Source: a bacterium
GTDB taxonomy: Bacteria; Orphanbacterota; Orphanbacteria; Orphanbacterales; Orphanbacteraceae
Assembly (NCBI GenBank): GCA_025782575.1
Contig: JALGYY010000017.1
Span: forward strand, 862,232 to 926,231
DNA length: 64,000 nucleotides
Reading direction: 5' to 3'
In this document: piece by piece, positions 46,006 through 55,114 of the stretch
How the letters are laid out: the number at the start of each line of letters is the position of its first letter
Position numbering within the stretch: the first letter of the stretch is position 1
Made by a program: the position numbers and the translations under genes
Notes under the pieces: generated by a model
What the model was told of the DNA's origin: nothing
Databases searched by the model: none
What the model saw: the letters and a program-made list of their open reading frames with translations, nothing else

Positions 46006-46581
46006 GTGGGAATCTATCGACAGCTCGCGATTCTGCTCTTCTTCCTTTCTTCAGCCGGATTAAATTGCCTGGTGAGCACAGCCTCCGCTCAACCAAGTTA
46101 TTCGGTTGAGCTTGATCTCGATGGAACTCTTGGCAATGGACCAGATATCGTGTCTGCCACCGTCAGCGATTACATCGCGATTGATATATGGATTCATGGT
46201 GGCGTTGACCTGTTCTATGCGAGGATTGAAGTTTGCAATTTTGATGGCTCCCTGGAAGGATTGGGCATTATCGTAAACCCCCCACCTGGCTGGGAGGTGT
46301 CGCCAGTCGATACGCCAGGTCCAATGTGCCTAGTAAAGACAATATCAGATTTTACTTTTGCCGTACCAATGACCCTACCTTGGCGATTTGGAACTATTAC
46401 ATATCACGCCGCAGTGGACCATGCATTCGGAGAAATCACAGTTCTTTTGATGAATTCCTCGTGGATCAACGTAAACTTTGAATCTGGACTGTTTGACATG
46501 GCTATTGGGTGCGGGATTCAAATCGGAACCTCCGCGGCTGAACCTAGTAGCTGGGGAGGGGTGAAAGGCCTTTTCAGATAG
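46006..46581 (+). CDS. Hypothetical secreted protein with a C-terminal W-G-G-V-K-G-L-F-R tail
   Basis: GTG start 7 nt after AGAGGAA, with signal peptide ...LNCLVSTASA|QPS. GC content is markedly lower than the surroundings. No domain recognised. Confidence 0.5.
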   Translation: MGIYRQLAILLFFLSSAGLNCLVSTASAQPSYSVELDLDGTLGNGPDIVSATVSDYIAIDIWIHGGVDLFYARIEVCNFDGSLEGLGIIVNPPPGWEVSPVDTPGPMCLVKTISDFTFAVPMTLPWRFGTITYHAAVDHAFGEITVLLMNSSWINVNFESGLFDMAIGCGIQIGTSAAEPSSWGGVKGLFR

Positions 46582-46672
46582 TCTCACGACTGCATCTGGT
46601 ACTCCCCACCGGGATCGTCTGCTACGTATTAGGTAAAATTCGTACGAAGTCGTGTTGGAAAATTATTGCGAA

Positions 46673-47077
46673 CTAAAACTGCTTTTCGTAATCGCTTTTG
46701 CTGAAGGGTTTGTCCGGCTTGGTAATCCAGTAGGTGTCGCCGTTTTTTTGGAGCTTTAGACTCAGAAGGTCCTTACCGAGCAATTTCATAAGGAAGCCGA
46801 CGGGAGTAAAGACCAGGTAGAACATGATGCCCAGCAGGAGCCTCGTGTTGAACCAGCCGATGTAGTGGGCGACCTTGGTCAGCAGCCAGTGGAGCGGCCG
46901 GATGATGATCGGGAAGGTAATACTCGAAAGCAGGCCGTAAGCGGAAAGTCCGCTGAAGATCTTCATGGCGGTCGGATGATGTCCGAATTTCCACTGGAGT
47001 CCCGCGATGATCCCGAAGAAAATAAACGCGATCAACGCGAACTTCCGAAGCTCTTTGGTAGTCACTGCCTGAGCCAT
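46673..47077 (-). CDS. Small membrane protein, SxtJ-like
   Basis: 134 aa with 3-4 hydrophobic segments and an AGGAG RBS. It starts 9 nt after the carbamoyltransferase stop, which is the usual partner arrangement for SxtJ-family genes. The assignment rests on context and size. Confidence 0.5.
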   Translation of the reverse strand: MAQAVTTKELRKFALIAFIFFGIIAGLQWKFGHHPTAMKIFSGLSAYGLLSSITFPIIIRPLHWLLTKVAHYIGWFNTRLLLGIMFYLVFTPVGFLMKLLGKDLLSLKLQKNGDTYWITKPDKPFSKSDYEKQF

Positions 47078-47086
47078 TCCGGTCTC

Positions 47087-48910
47087 CTAGTCCAGCTCGA
47101 ATTCAGAACGCCAGTCTGAATCGTCTTCCAGCGGCTTCTGCTCGGTCTTGGCCATCAGAAAACGGCCGAGAACGAGATAATCCATCTCAGTACGCATGAA
47201 ACATCTGTACGCATCCGCCGGCGTACAGACGATCGGTTCACCACGCACATTGAACGATGTGTTGATGACCACCGCGCACCCCGTTTTCTCTTCGAATTTC
47301 TTGATCAGTCTGTAGTACCGCGGGTTCACCCGCTCATCGACCGACTGAATCCGCGCCGAGTAATCCACATGAGTAATCGCGGGCACGTCCGACTTGGGGA
47401 TGTTCAGCTTCTGAATTCCGAACAGTTTGCGCTGGTCCTCGGACATCTTGATTTGACGATCCTCAGTCACGTCGGCGACGAGAAGCATGTAAGGACTCGG
47501 CCTGTCGATCTGGAAATAGTCACTGATCCGATCTTCAGCCACCGTCGGTGCAAACGGCCGGAACGATTCCCGATATTTGATCTTCAGATTCATGGTCGAC
47601 TGCATCTCAACTGAACGGGCATCGCCGATGATCGAACGGCCTCCGAGCGCGCGTGGGCCGAACTCCATTCGTCCCTGGAACCAGCCGACGACTTTTTCGT
47701 CCGCCATGACTCCCGCGACCTCGCCGTAGAGCTCCCCCTCTTCCAGTTTGCGATACGGGATCTTGCGATCAGCAAGAAACTTCTCGATCTCTTCATCACC
47801 GAATTCAGGTCCAAGGTAGGAACCCCTCTGCGAATCGGTAGCGCCTACCTTGCGCTCATTGCCGAGGTACTTGTGCCAAGTAAAAATCGCCGCACCGAGC
47901 GCACCGCCCGCATCGCCGGCTGCCGGCTGAATCCAGATGTCATCGAAAATGCCGCTACGAAGGAGCTTGCCGTTCGCCACGCAGTTCAGCGCGACACCAC
48001 CCGCCATGACGAGGTTCTTCATGCCCGTCTCCTGGCGGATGTGCTTCCCGATTCTGAGAATGGCGATTTCGATCACTTCCTGAATCGAGCGGGCGAGGTC
48101 CATTTCACGCTGAGTGAGTTCGCTCTCCGGCTTCCGCGGGGGACCACCGAACAGCTCGGCGAACTTGTCATTCGTCATGGAGAGCCCCGACATATAATTG
48201 AAGTACTCCATGTTGAGACGAAACGAGCCGTCTTCATGGAGATCGATCAGATGCTCCAGAATTGTATCGACATACTTCGGCTCACCATACGGCGCGAGAC
48301 CCATCACTTTGTATTCGCCCGAGTTCACCCGGAATCCGGTGAAGTAGGTAAACGCCGAATAGAGCAAGCCCAGTGAGTGGGGGAAATGGATTTCCTTCCA
48401 GATTCGCAGGTCGTTGTCTTTGCCGACACCGTAGCTCGTGGTCGTCCATTCGCCAACACCATCTACGGTAAGAAAGGCCGCTTCTTGAAACGGTGAGGGA
48501 TAGAAAGCCGATGCGGCGTGAGATTCATGATGCTCGGTGAAGAGTACTTTGCCACCGTACTGCAGCTCCTTCCGGATGTGCTCCCGCATGAAAAGCTTGT
48601 CTTTCAGCCAGAGGGGCAGAGCCTTGATAACCGATCGAATCCCGAGGGGGGCTGTCGTGACGTACGTCTCGAGGATTCGCTCAAACTTGGTAAACGGTCT
48701 GTCATAGAAGACGACGTAATCAACATCATCGATCGAGATCCCCGCTTCTTTCAGGCAATACTCGACTGCGTTGATCGGGAATCCGAAGTCATGTTTCTTG
48801 CGCGTAAATCGCTCTTCCTGAGCGGCCGCGAACAGCTCGCCGTCCACTACAAGACAGGCTGCGCTGTCATGGTAGAAAGCAGAGAGTCCTAATATGTAGG
48901 TTTTTGCCAT
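47087..48910 (-). CDS. Carbamoyltransferase (NodU/CmcH family)
   Basis: Start at ATG 48910. MAKTYILGLSAFYHDSAACLVVDGELFAAAQEERFTRKKHD is the family N-terminus. HHESHAASAF, PAAGDAGGALGAA and the C-terminal NTSFNVRGEPIV motif are present. Confidence 0.9.
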   Translation of the reverse strand: MAKTYILGLSAFYHDSAACLVVDGELFAAAQEERFTRKKHDFGFPINAVEYCLKEAGISIDDVDYVVFYDRPFTKFERILETYVTTAPLGIRSVIKALPLWLKDKLFMREHIRKELQYGGKVLFTEHHESHAASAFYPSPFQEAAFLTVDGVGEWTTTSYGVGKDNDLRIWKEIHFPHSLGLLYSAFTYFTGFRVNSGEYKVMGLAPYGEPKYVDTILEHLIDLHEDGSFRLNMEYFNYMSGLSMTNDKFAELFGGPPRKPESELTQREMDLARSIQEVIEIAILRIGKHIRQETGMKNLVMAGGVALNCVANGKLLRSGIFDDIWIQPAAGDAGGALGAAIFTWHKYLGNERKVGATDSQRGSYLGPEFGDEEIEKFLADRKIPYRKLEEGELYGEVAGVMADEKVVGWFQGRMEFGPRALGGRSIIGDARSVEMQSTMNLKIKYRESFRPFAPTVAEDRISDYFQIDRPSPYMLLVADVTEDRQIKMSEDQRKLFGIQKLNIPKSDVPAITHVDYSARIQSVDERVNPRYYRLIKKFEEKTGCAVVINTSFNVRGEPIVCTPADAYRCFMRTEMDYLVLGRFLMAKTEQKPLEDDSDWRSEFELD

Positions 48911-49053
48911 CGTCTTGCTCCGAAAGGAGTTACACCCTTTCTTTTCGGCCGGAAATTGCGCTCCGATAGGTCGCACAGAGAAAATGAATCATATCATGCC
49001 TTTTGGTTCAAAAGGGGCGAAATCGGGTAGCTCTCTCCGCTACACTGGAGCCC

Positions 49054-49926
49054 ATGTTTCGTGACCCGACTCTTTCGCCGCCAACTAGCAGCAAGCGCCT
49101 GTTCGTCATCGGCCTGACCTGCCTGATCCTGCTTGCCGGATGCGGGCGGGCACTGCCGGAACTGGATGATAGCGACCTCGGCGGCCGTGCCGGGACGATC
49201 CTTCTCTTTGATGGCTCCTCCGGCCGGCTCGTACGATCGGTCGGTCTTTCCCTCGCCAGAGAGAGAGAGTTTCAGGCGGGTGAGTTCATTCGCTATGTCA
49301 CGCTGCCGGTGGCGATTGAAAAGCGCATTACCAACCCCGATGGATCGTTCGTCTGCCGGGACGGAACCCCGGAGCCGACGACGGAACATGGCACCATCAC
49401 ACTCCGGCAGGCATTGGAGCTTCCCTGCCGATCCGTATTTCGTGAGATTCAGCGAAAGATCCCGTGGTCTGAAATGATCGGGCATCTGGGCTCATTCGGA
49501 TTCGGGAGCCCTACAGAGCTGGGCGGTCCTCTCGAAAAACCGGGAACGATTCCCGATCGGCTTAGCGGCGAGCAGGCGTGGGAACTCTGGAGCTGCGTCG
49601 ACCTCCGCGTGACGCCGCTCCAGATGGGCGCCTATTTCGCCCGACTCCATAGGGGTGACCTTCCCCTCCGGCCGGAAACCCTTCAAACTGTGGGAGATCT
49701 TACACGGGGTGAATCGGCCGGCGAGTATCGCGACCACGGATTCGCTTACGCCTGGGCCGCATCCTATCTGGAGGGCCCCTCCGGACCACTTACCGCTTTC
49801 TTTTTTCTGCTCGGACACGAAGACGACACCGGCCGGGAGATCGCGACCCAGTTGCTCAGAACCTGGGCGGGAAGGTCCGGCTGTTCCCTGCACCAAGGAG
49901 ATAACGGAACGCATGCTGAATCGTGA
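49054..49926 (+). CDS. Lipoprotein with a class-D beta-lactamase / PBP-transpeptidase-like fold, catalytic motifs degenerate
   Basis: Lipobox LLAGCG. Read by eye against the OXA/BlaR pattern, FQAGEFIRY sits where PASTFK is expected. PCRSVFREI sits where S-x-V/N is expected. No K-T/S-G is found. Low confidence in the fold call. Confidence 0.45.
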   Translation: MFRDPTLSPPTSSKRLFVIGLTCLILLAGCGRALPELDDSDLGGRAGTILLFDGSSGRLVRSVGLSLAREREFQAGEFIRYVTLPVAIEKRITNPDGSFVCRDGTPEPTTEHGTITLRQALELPCRSVFREIQRKIPWSEMIGHLGSFGFGSPTELGGPLEKPGTIPDRLSGEQAWELWSCVDLRVTPLQMGAYFARLHRGDLPLRPETLQTVGDLTRGESAGEYRDHGFAYAWAASYLEGPSGPLTAFFFLLGHEDDTGREIATQLLRTWAGRSGCSLHQGDNGTHAES

Positions 49927-50452
49927 TGAATGTCTGCTGCTCATTGTCGATGTGCAGGAGAGGCTCTTTCCCCATATCGACGGGAGCGAGGCGCTCGGGG
50001 AGTCGATCCGGCGAGCGGCGAAAGGGGCGGCCATTCTCGGTCTGCCCATAGTTGTAACGGAGCAGTACACGAAAGGACTCGGCCCGACGATCGATCTTCT
50101 ACGAAAAGAACTCGATTCGTACTCACCCATCGAAAAGATGAGCTTCTCCTGCATGGGCGAGCCTGCGATTGTCAAGGTGCTGAAAGACCTCGGCCGGCGG
50201 CAGGTACTCCTGACAGGCATCGAAACGCATGTATGCGTTTACCAGACCGCTTGCGATCTTCTTGAAAACGGCTACGAAGTGAGTGTCGTCACTGACTGCG
50301 TCTCTTCTCGGACAGCGTCCAACAGGGAACTCGCCATCCATCGGATGGAGAGGCTCGGCGCCTCCCTCACTTCGCTAGAAATGGCGCTCTTCGAACTCAT
50401 GCGAGTCTCGGGTACGTCTGAATTCAAGGAAATTTCGCGACTGATCAAGTAG
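49913..50452 (+). CDS. Isochorismatase-family hydrolase
   Basis: ATG 49913 follows AAGGAG. CLLLIVDVQERLF, VVTEQYTKGLG and LLTGIETHVCVYQTACDLLENGYEVSVVTDCVSSR contain the catalytic Asp, Lys and Cys positions. It overlaps the upstream gene by 14 nt. Confidence 0.85.
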   Translation: MLNRDECLLLIVDVQERLFPHIDGSEALGESIRRAAKGAAILGLPIVVTEQYTKGLGPTIDLLRKELDSYSPIEKMSFSCMGEPAIVKVLKDLGRRQVLLTGIETHVCVYQTACDLLENGYEVSVVTDCVSSRTASNRELAIHRMERLGASLTSLEMALFELMRVSGTSEFKEISRLIK

Positions 50453-50454
50453 TC

Positions 50455-50481
50455 AAAAAAAGGGGCCGCAGCAGAATGCTG
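50455..50481 (-). terminator. Weak terminator candidate after the M50 peptidase gene
   Basis: On the minus strand, CAGCA-TTC-TGCTG (only 5 bp) is followed by CGGCCCC and then a T7 run. Confidence 0.35.
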
Positions 50482-50495
50482 GTGAGAAATTCGAG

Positions 50496-51131
50496 CTAGA
50501 AACCGAGAAGCATACCGGCGACGTACTGATAGATAGGGGTGATTACCCTCCGGAACAGACCGAGATAGAGAAGTGCGACGAGTATGTAGAAACCATAAGG
50601 CTCCAGTTGATAGTAGACGCGGGCCGCCTCTCTCGGAATGAAGGGAATAATCACGCGGGACCCGTCGAGCGGCGGGATCGGTACCATGTTGAATGTGGCG
50701 AGAACAATATTGATCGCTACGGCATAGACGAGGGCGTGAACAAGAAAAGGGCTCGCGTCGAGATCAAAGAGAAAAACAACGCGAAAGAGAATGGCCGCGA
50801 TCAGCGCGAGGATGATGTTGGTAATGGGACCTGCGATTCCGACGATCGCCATCCCTTTCGCCGGGTTCTTGAAATAGCGGGGATCCACCGGAACCGGCTT
50901 CGCCCACCCGAACAGAAACCCGCCGAGAAAATGGCTCATCAACGGAACGAGGATCGTCCCGATCGGGTCAACATGGGAGATCGGATTCAATGTGAGTCGG
51001 CCTCTGTCCTTCGCGGTTGGGTCGCCAAGTCGGAGTGCGGTCCACCCGTGGGCAATCTCATGCAGCACGATGGAAAACATGAGAATCAGAATTCGTGTAA
51101 TCGCTTCCATATGGTGGAACAGCCTACTCAT
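50496..51131 (-). CDS. Site-2 protease family (M50) membrane metallopeptidase
   Basis: The HExxH motif lies in a TM segment (FSIVLHEIAHGW), with PIPPLDGSR downstream. The start is ambiguous between ATG 51131 and TTG 51149. Confidence 0.8.
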   Translation of the reverse strand: MSRLFHHMEAITRILILMFSIVLHEIAHGWTALRLGDPTAKDRGRLTLNPISHVDPIGTILVPLMSHFLGGFLFGWAKPVPVDPRYFKNPAKGMAIVGIAGPITNIILALIAAILFRVVFLFDLDASPFLVHALVYAVAINIVLATFNMVPIPPLDGSRVIIPFIPREAARVYYQLEPYGFYILVALLYLGLFRRVITPIYQYVAGMLLGF

Positions 51132-51172
51132 GGAGGGCCGGGAGTGCAAGCGCGCCGAGGGATGATCATTTG

Positions 51173-51802
51173 ATGAGCGATCCGGATACTTATTATTGCC
51201 CCACAGGTGAAGGGAGAGCCGAAACCAAAGTCAAGGGCTCCCGTTTTCTGGGAATCGTCTCCCCCGCTTCCACCGTGACTCAGGCGGAACAGATCCTTCG
51301 AGACCTCCAGAAGAAGTACTACGACGCGACCCATGTCTGTTTCGCCTGGCGGGTCGGGCACGATGAAGAGCGGTTCGAGCGAGCCGCGGATGCGGGCGAA
51401 CCGTCGGGAACGGCCGGAGCCCCGATCCTGGCCGCCATCGCCAGAACCGGCCTTACCGATACATTTGTTGCCGTGGTCCGATGGTACGGCGGCACAAAGC
51501 TGGGGACAGGCGGCCTCGCCCGGGCCTATGGCGAGTGCGCCGGCCTTGCTCTCGAGGACGCCCCTGGTGAAGCCCGAATCAGACGGACCACGATCGAAGT
51601 GACGGTTCCATACCCTCAGACCGGCCTTGTTCTCCGGCTTGCGGAGCGATTCGGCGCTATCCCGGCGGAATCGGTTTACAGCGAAGATGTGATGATTCCG
51701 CTCGCGGTCCCCCTCTCCCGCCTGACCGGGCTGCACGAGGCCCTGATGGAAGCGACAGCGGGGGGTGCCGTGATCTTTCATCGGAAAAGCGGGGAGGAGT
51801 AG
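51173..51802 (+). CDS. YigZ / IMPACT-family protein (UPF0029)
   Basis: KGSRFLG...A.....YYDATHVCFAWRVG...DAGEPSGTAGAPIL is the UPF0029 signature. Confidence 0.85.
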   Translation: MSDPDTYYCPTGEGRAETKVKGSRFLGIVSPASTVTQAEQILRDLQKKYYDATHVCFAWRVGHDEERFERAADAGEPSGTAGAPILAAIARTGLTDTFVAVVRWYGGTKLGTGGLARAYGECAGLALEDAPGEARIRRTTIEVTVPYPQTGLVLRLAERFGAIPAESVYSEDVMIPLAVPLSRLTGLHEALMEATAGGAVIFHRKSGEE

Positions 51803-51878
51803 CCGGATCTGAAGAAAACCCCTAGCTTATGGTGGAGGAGGATCGCGCTTGAACCGATGGGGTGAAAACCTGCGCGCC

Positions 51879-52148
51879 ATGGGGATGGTCGTCCTGATCT
51901 GTACGGTTCTGCTATTTCCCTCGATCGGATTCCCGCTCGTACATCATCATCACCAGAACGACAGCTCCGGCGGAGAGAAGTGCTCCCTCTGCATCGTCGC
52001 CTCTCTGTCCATACCGACCCCACCAGTTCAGGAGCATTGGGATTCTGATCGGGACAGTTCCGGCAATGTTGACCCGCCCGAGGCGACCCCGGTTCCCCCC
52101 TGTTCCCCCATCGTCCGTCACGGCTCGCGAGCCCCACCCTCCGCCTGA
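51879..52148 (+). CDS. Small membrane-anchored His/Cys-rich protein (hypothetical, possible metal binding)
   Basis: MGMVVLICTVLLFPSIGFPLV is followed by HHHH...CSLC. The start is uncertain (TTG 51849 or ATG 51879). Coding status is supported only by position upstream of the metal-uptake genes. Confidence 0.35.
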   Translation: MGMVVLICTVLLFPSIGFPLVHHHHQNDSSGGEKCSLCIVASLSIPTPPVQEHWDSDRDSSGNVDPPEATPVPPCSPIVRHGSRAPPSA

Positions 52149-52224
52149 TCGAATTCAGATGTTCGGCACGAACATTTCGCACCGCCCGTTCCTGTACCAG
52201 AGACATCTCGATCAGGAGAATCCA

Positions 52225-53343
52225 ATGACCCGCCCATATATCGTTGTTGCCCTCATTCTTCCCTGGGTCTTGTTACCATGCTTCCATTCACTTGCCCAGG
52301 CTGAGAACAGAGCTCCCAAAGGCACTTCCCGCGACATGAATCCTGCGATAAGCGTGAATACCATTCTTCTCTATTCTTCCGGTCTGAGCGAAGAGCATCA
52401 GCATGAAGAAGATGGGGAGACCGGTCACACTCACGGCGCTACAGGCGATGGATTCGCGATTCAGGAGTCGGAACTTCAGCTTACTTCCTCAGTGGACGCC
52501 TACGCGAGAGCGGACATTATTCTTGCCATGCACGGAACCGAAGGGATCGAACTGGAGGAAGGGATACTCGAGACTACTTTTCTCCCACGAGGATTCGGTC
52601 TTCGGGCAGGCAAATTCTACGTCGATTTCGGAAAACATAATGCGCTGCACACTCATCAGTTTCCATTCGTAGAAAAGCCGGTGGCCTGGGCGGAGCTTTT
52701 CGGCGGTGAGGGGCTGAACGGTGCGGCGATCGAAGGCTCCTGGTTGACCCCGCTCCCCTGGTACGCGGAAGTGACCGGAACCGCGTTCCCTCTTATTGAT
52801 GTGATCTACGGTGGCACAGAGATTCCGGAGAACAAGTGGGGCGGCGGCGGGCGGCTTCGTCAATTATGGGAACCGAGCCTCCGATCGACCTTTGACCTCG
52901 GAATCTCCTACGCCGGAGGGGAGCATGAGACAGAGGACGGCCATCGCCACCTGATCGGATTGGATGGGACATGGAAGTGGACCGGCCCGGGGGCGAATCC
53001 GATGTACTTCGAGTTTCAAGGGGAGTGGGTACGCCGGGTCGACGATCGAAGCGCGGGAACAATCGAAGAGGACGGATTTTTCGTACACGGCCTGACTCGT
53101 TTGAGCAGACGTTTTCGGGCGGGGGCTCGCTTCGATCTCTACAGCCCGACCGAAAATGAACACGACGTAAGCGATACGGCAGAGAACGTATCGACAACCA
53201 CACTCTCTCTCGCGTTCGTGCCGAGCGAGTTTCAGGCATGGCGCGTCGAGTACTTATTCCGGGATGACGGACACCAATCCGATCACGGTGTGCGTGCTCA
53301 GGCGAACTTCACTATGGGGAGCCACCCCGCCCACCGGTATTAG
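52225..53343 (+). CDS. Putative outer-membrane beta-barrel (porin-like) protein with a His-rich N-terminal segment
   Basis: ATG 52225 follows AGGAGAA. The signal peptide is ...LLPCFHSLAQA. The His-rich stretch is EEHQHEEDGETGHTHG. Strand-like patterns run to the C-terminus. It lies immediately upstream of the ZnuA-like gene. Confidence 0.55.
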   Translation: MTRPYIVVALILPWVLLPCFHSLAQAENRAPKGTSRDMNPAISVNTILLYSSGLSEEHQHEEDGETGHTHGATGDGFAIQESELQLTSSVDAYARADIILAMHGTEGIELEEGILETTFLPRGFGLRAGKFYVDFGKHNALHTHQFPFVEKPVAWAELFGGEGLNGAAIEGSWLTPLPWYAEVTGTAFPLIDVIYGGTEIPENKWGGGGRLRQLWEPSLRSTFDLGISYAGGEHETEDGHRHLIGLDGTWKWTGPGANPMYFEFQGEWVRRVDDRSAGTIEEDGFFVHGLTRLSRRFRAGARFDLYSPTENEHDVSDTAENVSTTTLSLAFVPSEFQAWRVEYLFRDDGHQSDHGVRAQANFTMGSHPAHRY

Positions 53344-53352
53344 GAGGGTGTC

Positions 53353-54273
53353 ATGAAACGTATCCTGTTGACGATCATCCTGGCGGTTCTCATGTCAATC
53401 GTTCGGCCGGGAGTGACGCTTGCCAAGCTCAACATAATCGCCACACTTCCCGAGATCGGCGCTCTTGTCGAGGAAATAGGCGGTGATCGAGTAGAGGTGT
53501 TCTCACTCGCCAGAGGTGATGAGGATCCTCACGTCCTTCCTGCCAAACCGAGCCACAGCCGGCGCATGTTGCGGGCGGATCTGCTCGTATTCAATGGCCT
53601 GCAGCTTGAAGTGGGATGGCTGCCGCTCCTTATCCGTGGGGCGAGGAATCCCGACATCCGGTCTGGCGGCCGAGGGCATCTCGACCTTTCCGAGGCTGTT
53701 CGACCACTCGAGGTTCCGATGGGAGGGGCGGATCGAAGCGAGGGAGATGTCCATCCTGAAGGGAATCCGCACTATACGGTAGACCCGGTGATTTACCCCA
53801 CTCTTGCCACCCTGATCACCGAACGCCTCACCCGGCTCGATCCTGACGGAACGGATTACTTTAAATCGAGATTGATCACGTTTATTGAAGACTGGCAGTC
53901 TCAGTTGGAGTCATGGAAGGAACGACTCCGGTTTCTGAGCGGGCTGGATGTGATCACATACCATCAGCAGTGGGAATACTTCGCCCAATCGTTCGGAATG
54001 GCGATCGTCGACAAGATCGAAAACCGGCCGGGCATCCCCCCCTCCCCCCGACACCTGATCGATCTGGAGAATTGGATCGAGTCGGACGGTGTCCATTGGA
54101 TTCTTTACTCGGATCTCGTTCACCCCGACTTGCCTGAGCGGCTCGGCGAGCGAGGCGGGTGCCGGGTCATCCGGCTTCCACAGTCGATCGGGAGCCGGGA
54201 AGGGACGGAATCACTGGTAAGCTGGTTCGAAACGATCGTTTCGATCTTCGAGGAGGCTCACGGGGCACCATGA
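53353..54273 (+). CDS. Metal (Zn/Mn-type) ABC transporter substrate-binding protein, ZnuA/TroA family
   Basis: AGGAGGG RBS. LNIIATLPEIGALVEEIGGDRVEV.SL..G.EDPH and EGNPHYTVDP are family motifs. Confidence 0.85.
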   Translation: MKRILLTIILAVLMSIVRPGVTLAKLNIIATLPEIGALVEEIGGDRVEVFSLARGDEDPHVLPAKPSHSRRMLRADLLVFNGLQLEVGWLPLLIRGARNPDIRSGGRGHLDLSEAVRPLEVPMGGADRSEGDVHPEGNPHYTVDPVIYPTLATLITERLTRLDPDGTDYFKSRLITFIEDWQSQLESWKERLRFLSGLDVITYHQQWEYFAQSFGMAIVDKIENRPGIPPSPRHLIDLENWIESDGVHWILYSDLVHPDLPERLGERGGCRVIRLPQSIGSREGTESLVSWFETIVSIFEEAHGAP

Positions 54274-54286
54274 TGGGAGAGCAGGG

Positions 54287-55114
54287 ATGGACCTGATTCA
54301 TCTGATGGCGGCGCCGTTCGCGGCATGTGTCGTACTCGTCCTGATCCACGCCTATCTCGGAGGGCATGTCCTTCGTCGGGGGGTCGTTTTCGTCGATCTC
54401 GCCATGGCGCAATTCGCCGCAATGGGCGCCGCTCTCGGCATTTTTCTCGGCTTCGAGCATGATTCCGTTTCCGGGTACGCCATGGGTCTCGGCTCGGCGC
54501 TTTTCGCCGCCGCCCTCTTTGCATGGTCGAGACGGAGCATCCCCAAAAATGTCCCTCACGAGGCCATTATCGGGATCGCCTACGTGGCCGCTTCCGCCGC
54601 GACGATCCTGATCGCCGACCGGGTTCCACACGGCGCCGAGCACCTGAAACATATGCTGGTCGGCTCCGTTCTCTGGGTCAGCTGGGGGGAAGTGGCGAAG
54701 ACCGCCGCAATCTACGGCGCTCTCGGGCTCATCCTCTGGCGCTTTGACCGCCCTCTCACCAGAGTGAGCCGGGATCCTCTGAAAGCCCGGGCCGAAGGGA
54801 TGAACCTCTTCTTCTGGGACTTTCTGTTCTACGCGATCTTCGCCGCTGTCGTCACCAGTTCTGTCCGGATCGCGGGTGTCCTGCTCGTTTTTACTTTGCT
54901 GATCGTTCCCTCGGTGTTTACGTCCCTCGTGGGGCAGAACGGACGGGGACGACTCCCCCTGGCCTGGGCATTCGGGATCTTGCTCAGCATGGCCGGAATG
55001 CTTATCTCCTATGGAACGGATCTCCCGACCGGCGCGACGATCGTGGTCGTTTTCGGCCTGGCGATCTTCGTTACTTCCCTGCTTCTCCAGGTGGCCCGGA
55101 GAAGCAAGGGCTGA
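54287..55114 (+). CDS. Metal ABC transporter permease (ABC-3 / ZnuB-like)
   Basis: 275 aa with 8-9 TM segments. The pattern LIHAYLGGHVLRRGVVFVDLAMAQFAAMGAALG is typical of ABC-3 permeases. Confidence 0.85.
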   Translation: MDLIHLMAAPFAACVVLVLIHAYLGGHVLRRGVVFVDLAMAQFAAMGAALGIFLGFEHDSVSGYAMGLGSALFAAALFAWSRRSIPKNVPHEAIIGIAYVAASAATILIADRVPHGAEHLKHMLVGSVLWVSWGEVAKTAAIYGALGLILWRFDRPLTRVSRDPLKARAEGMNLFFWDFLFYAIFAAVVTSSVRIAGVLLVFTLLIVPSVFTSLVGQNGRGRLPLAWAFGILLSMAGMLISYGTDLPTGATIVVVFGLAIFVTSLLLQVARRSKG

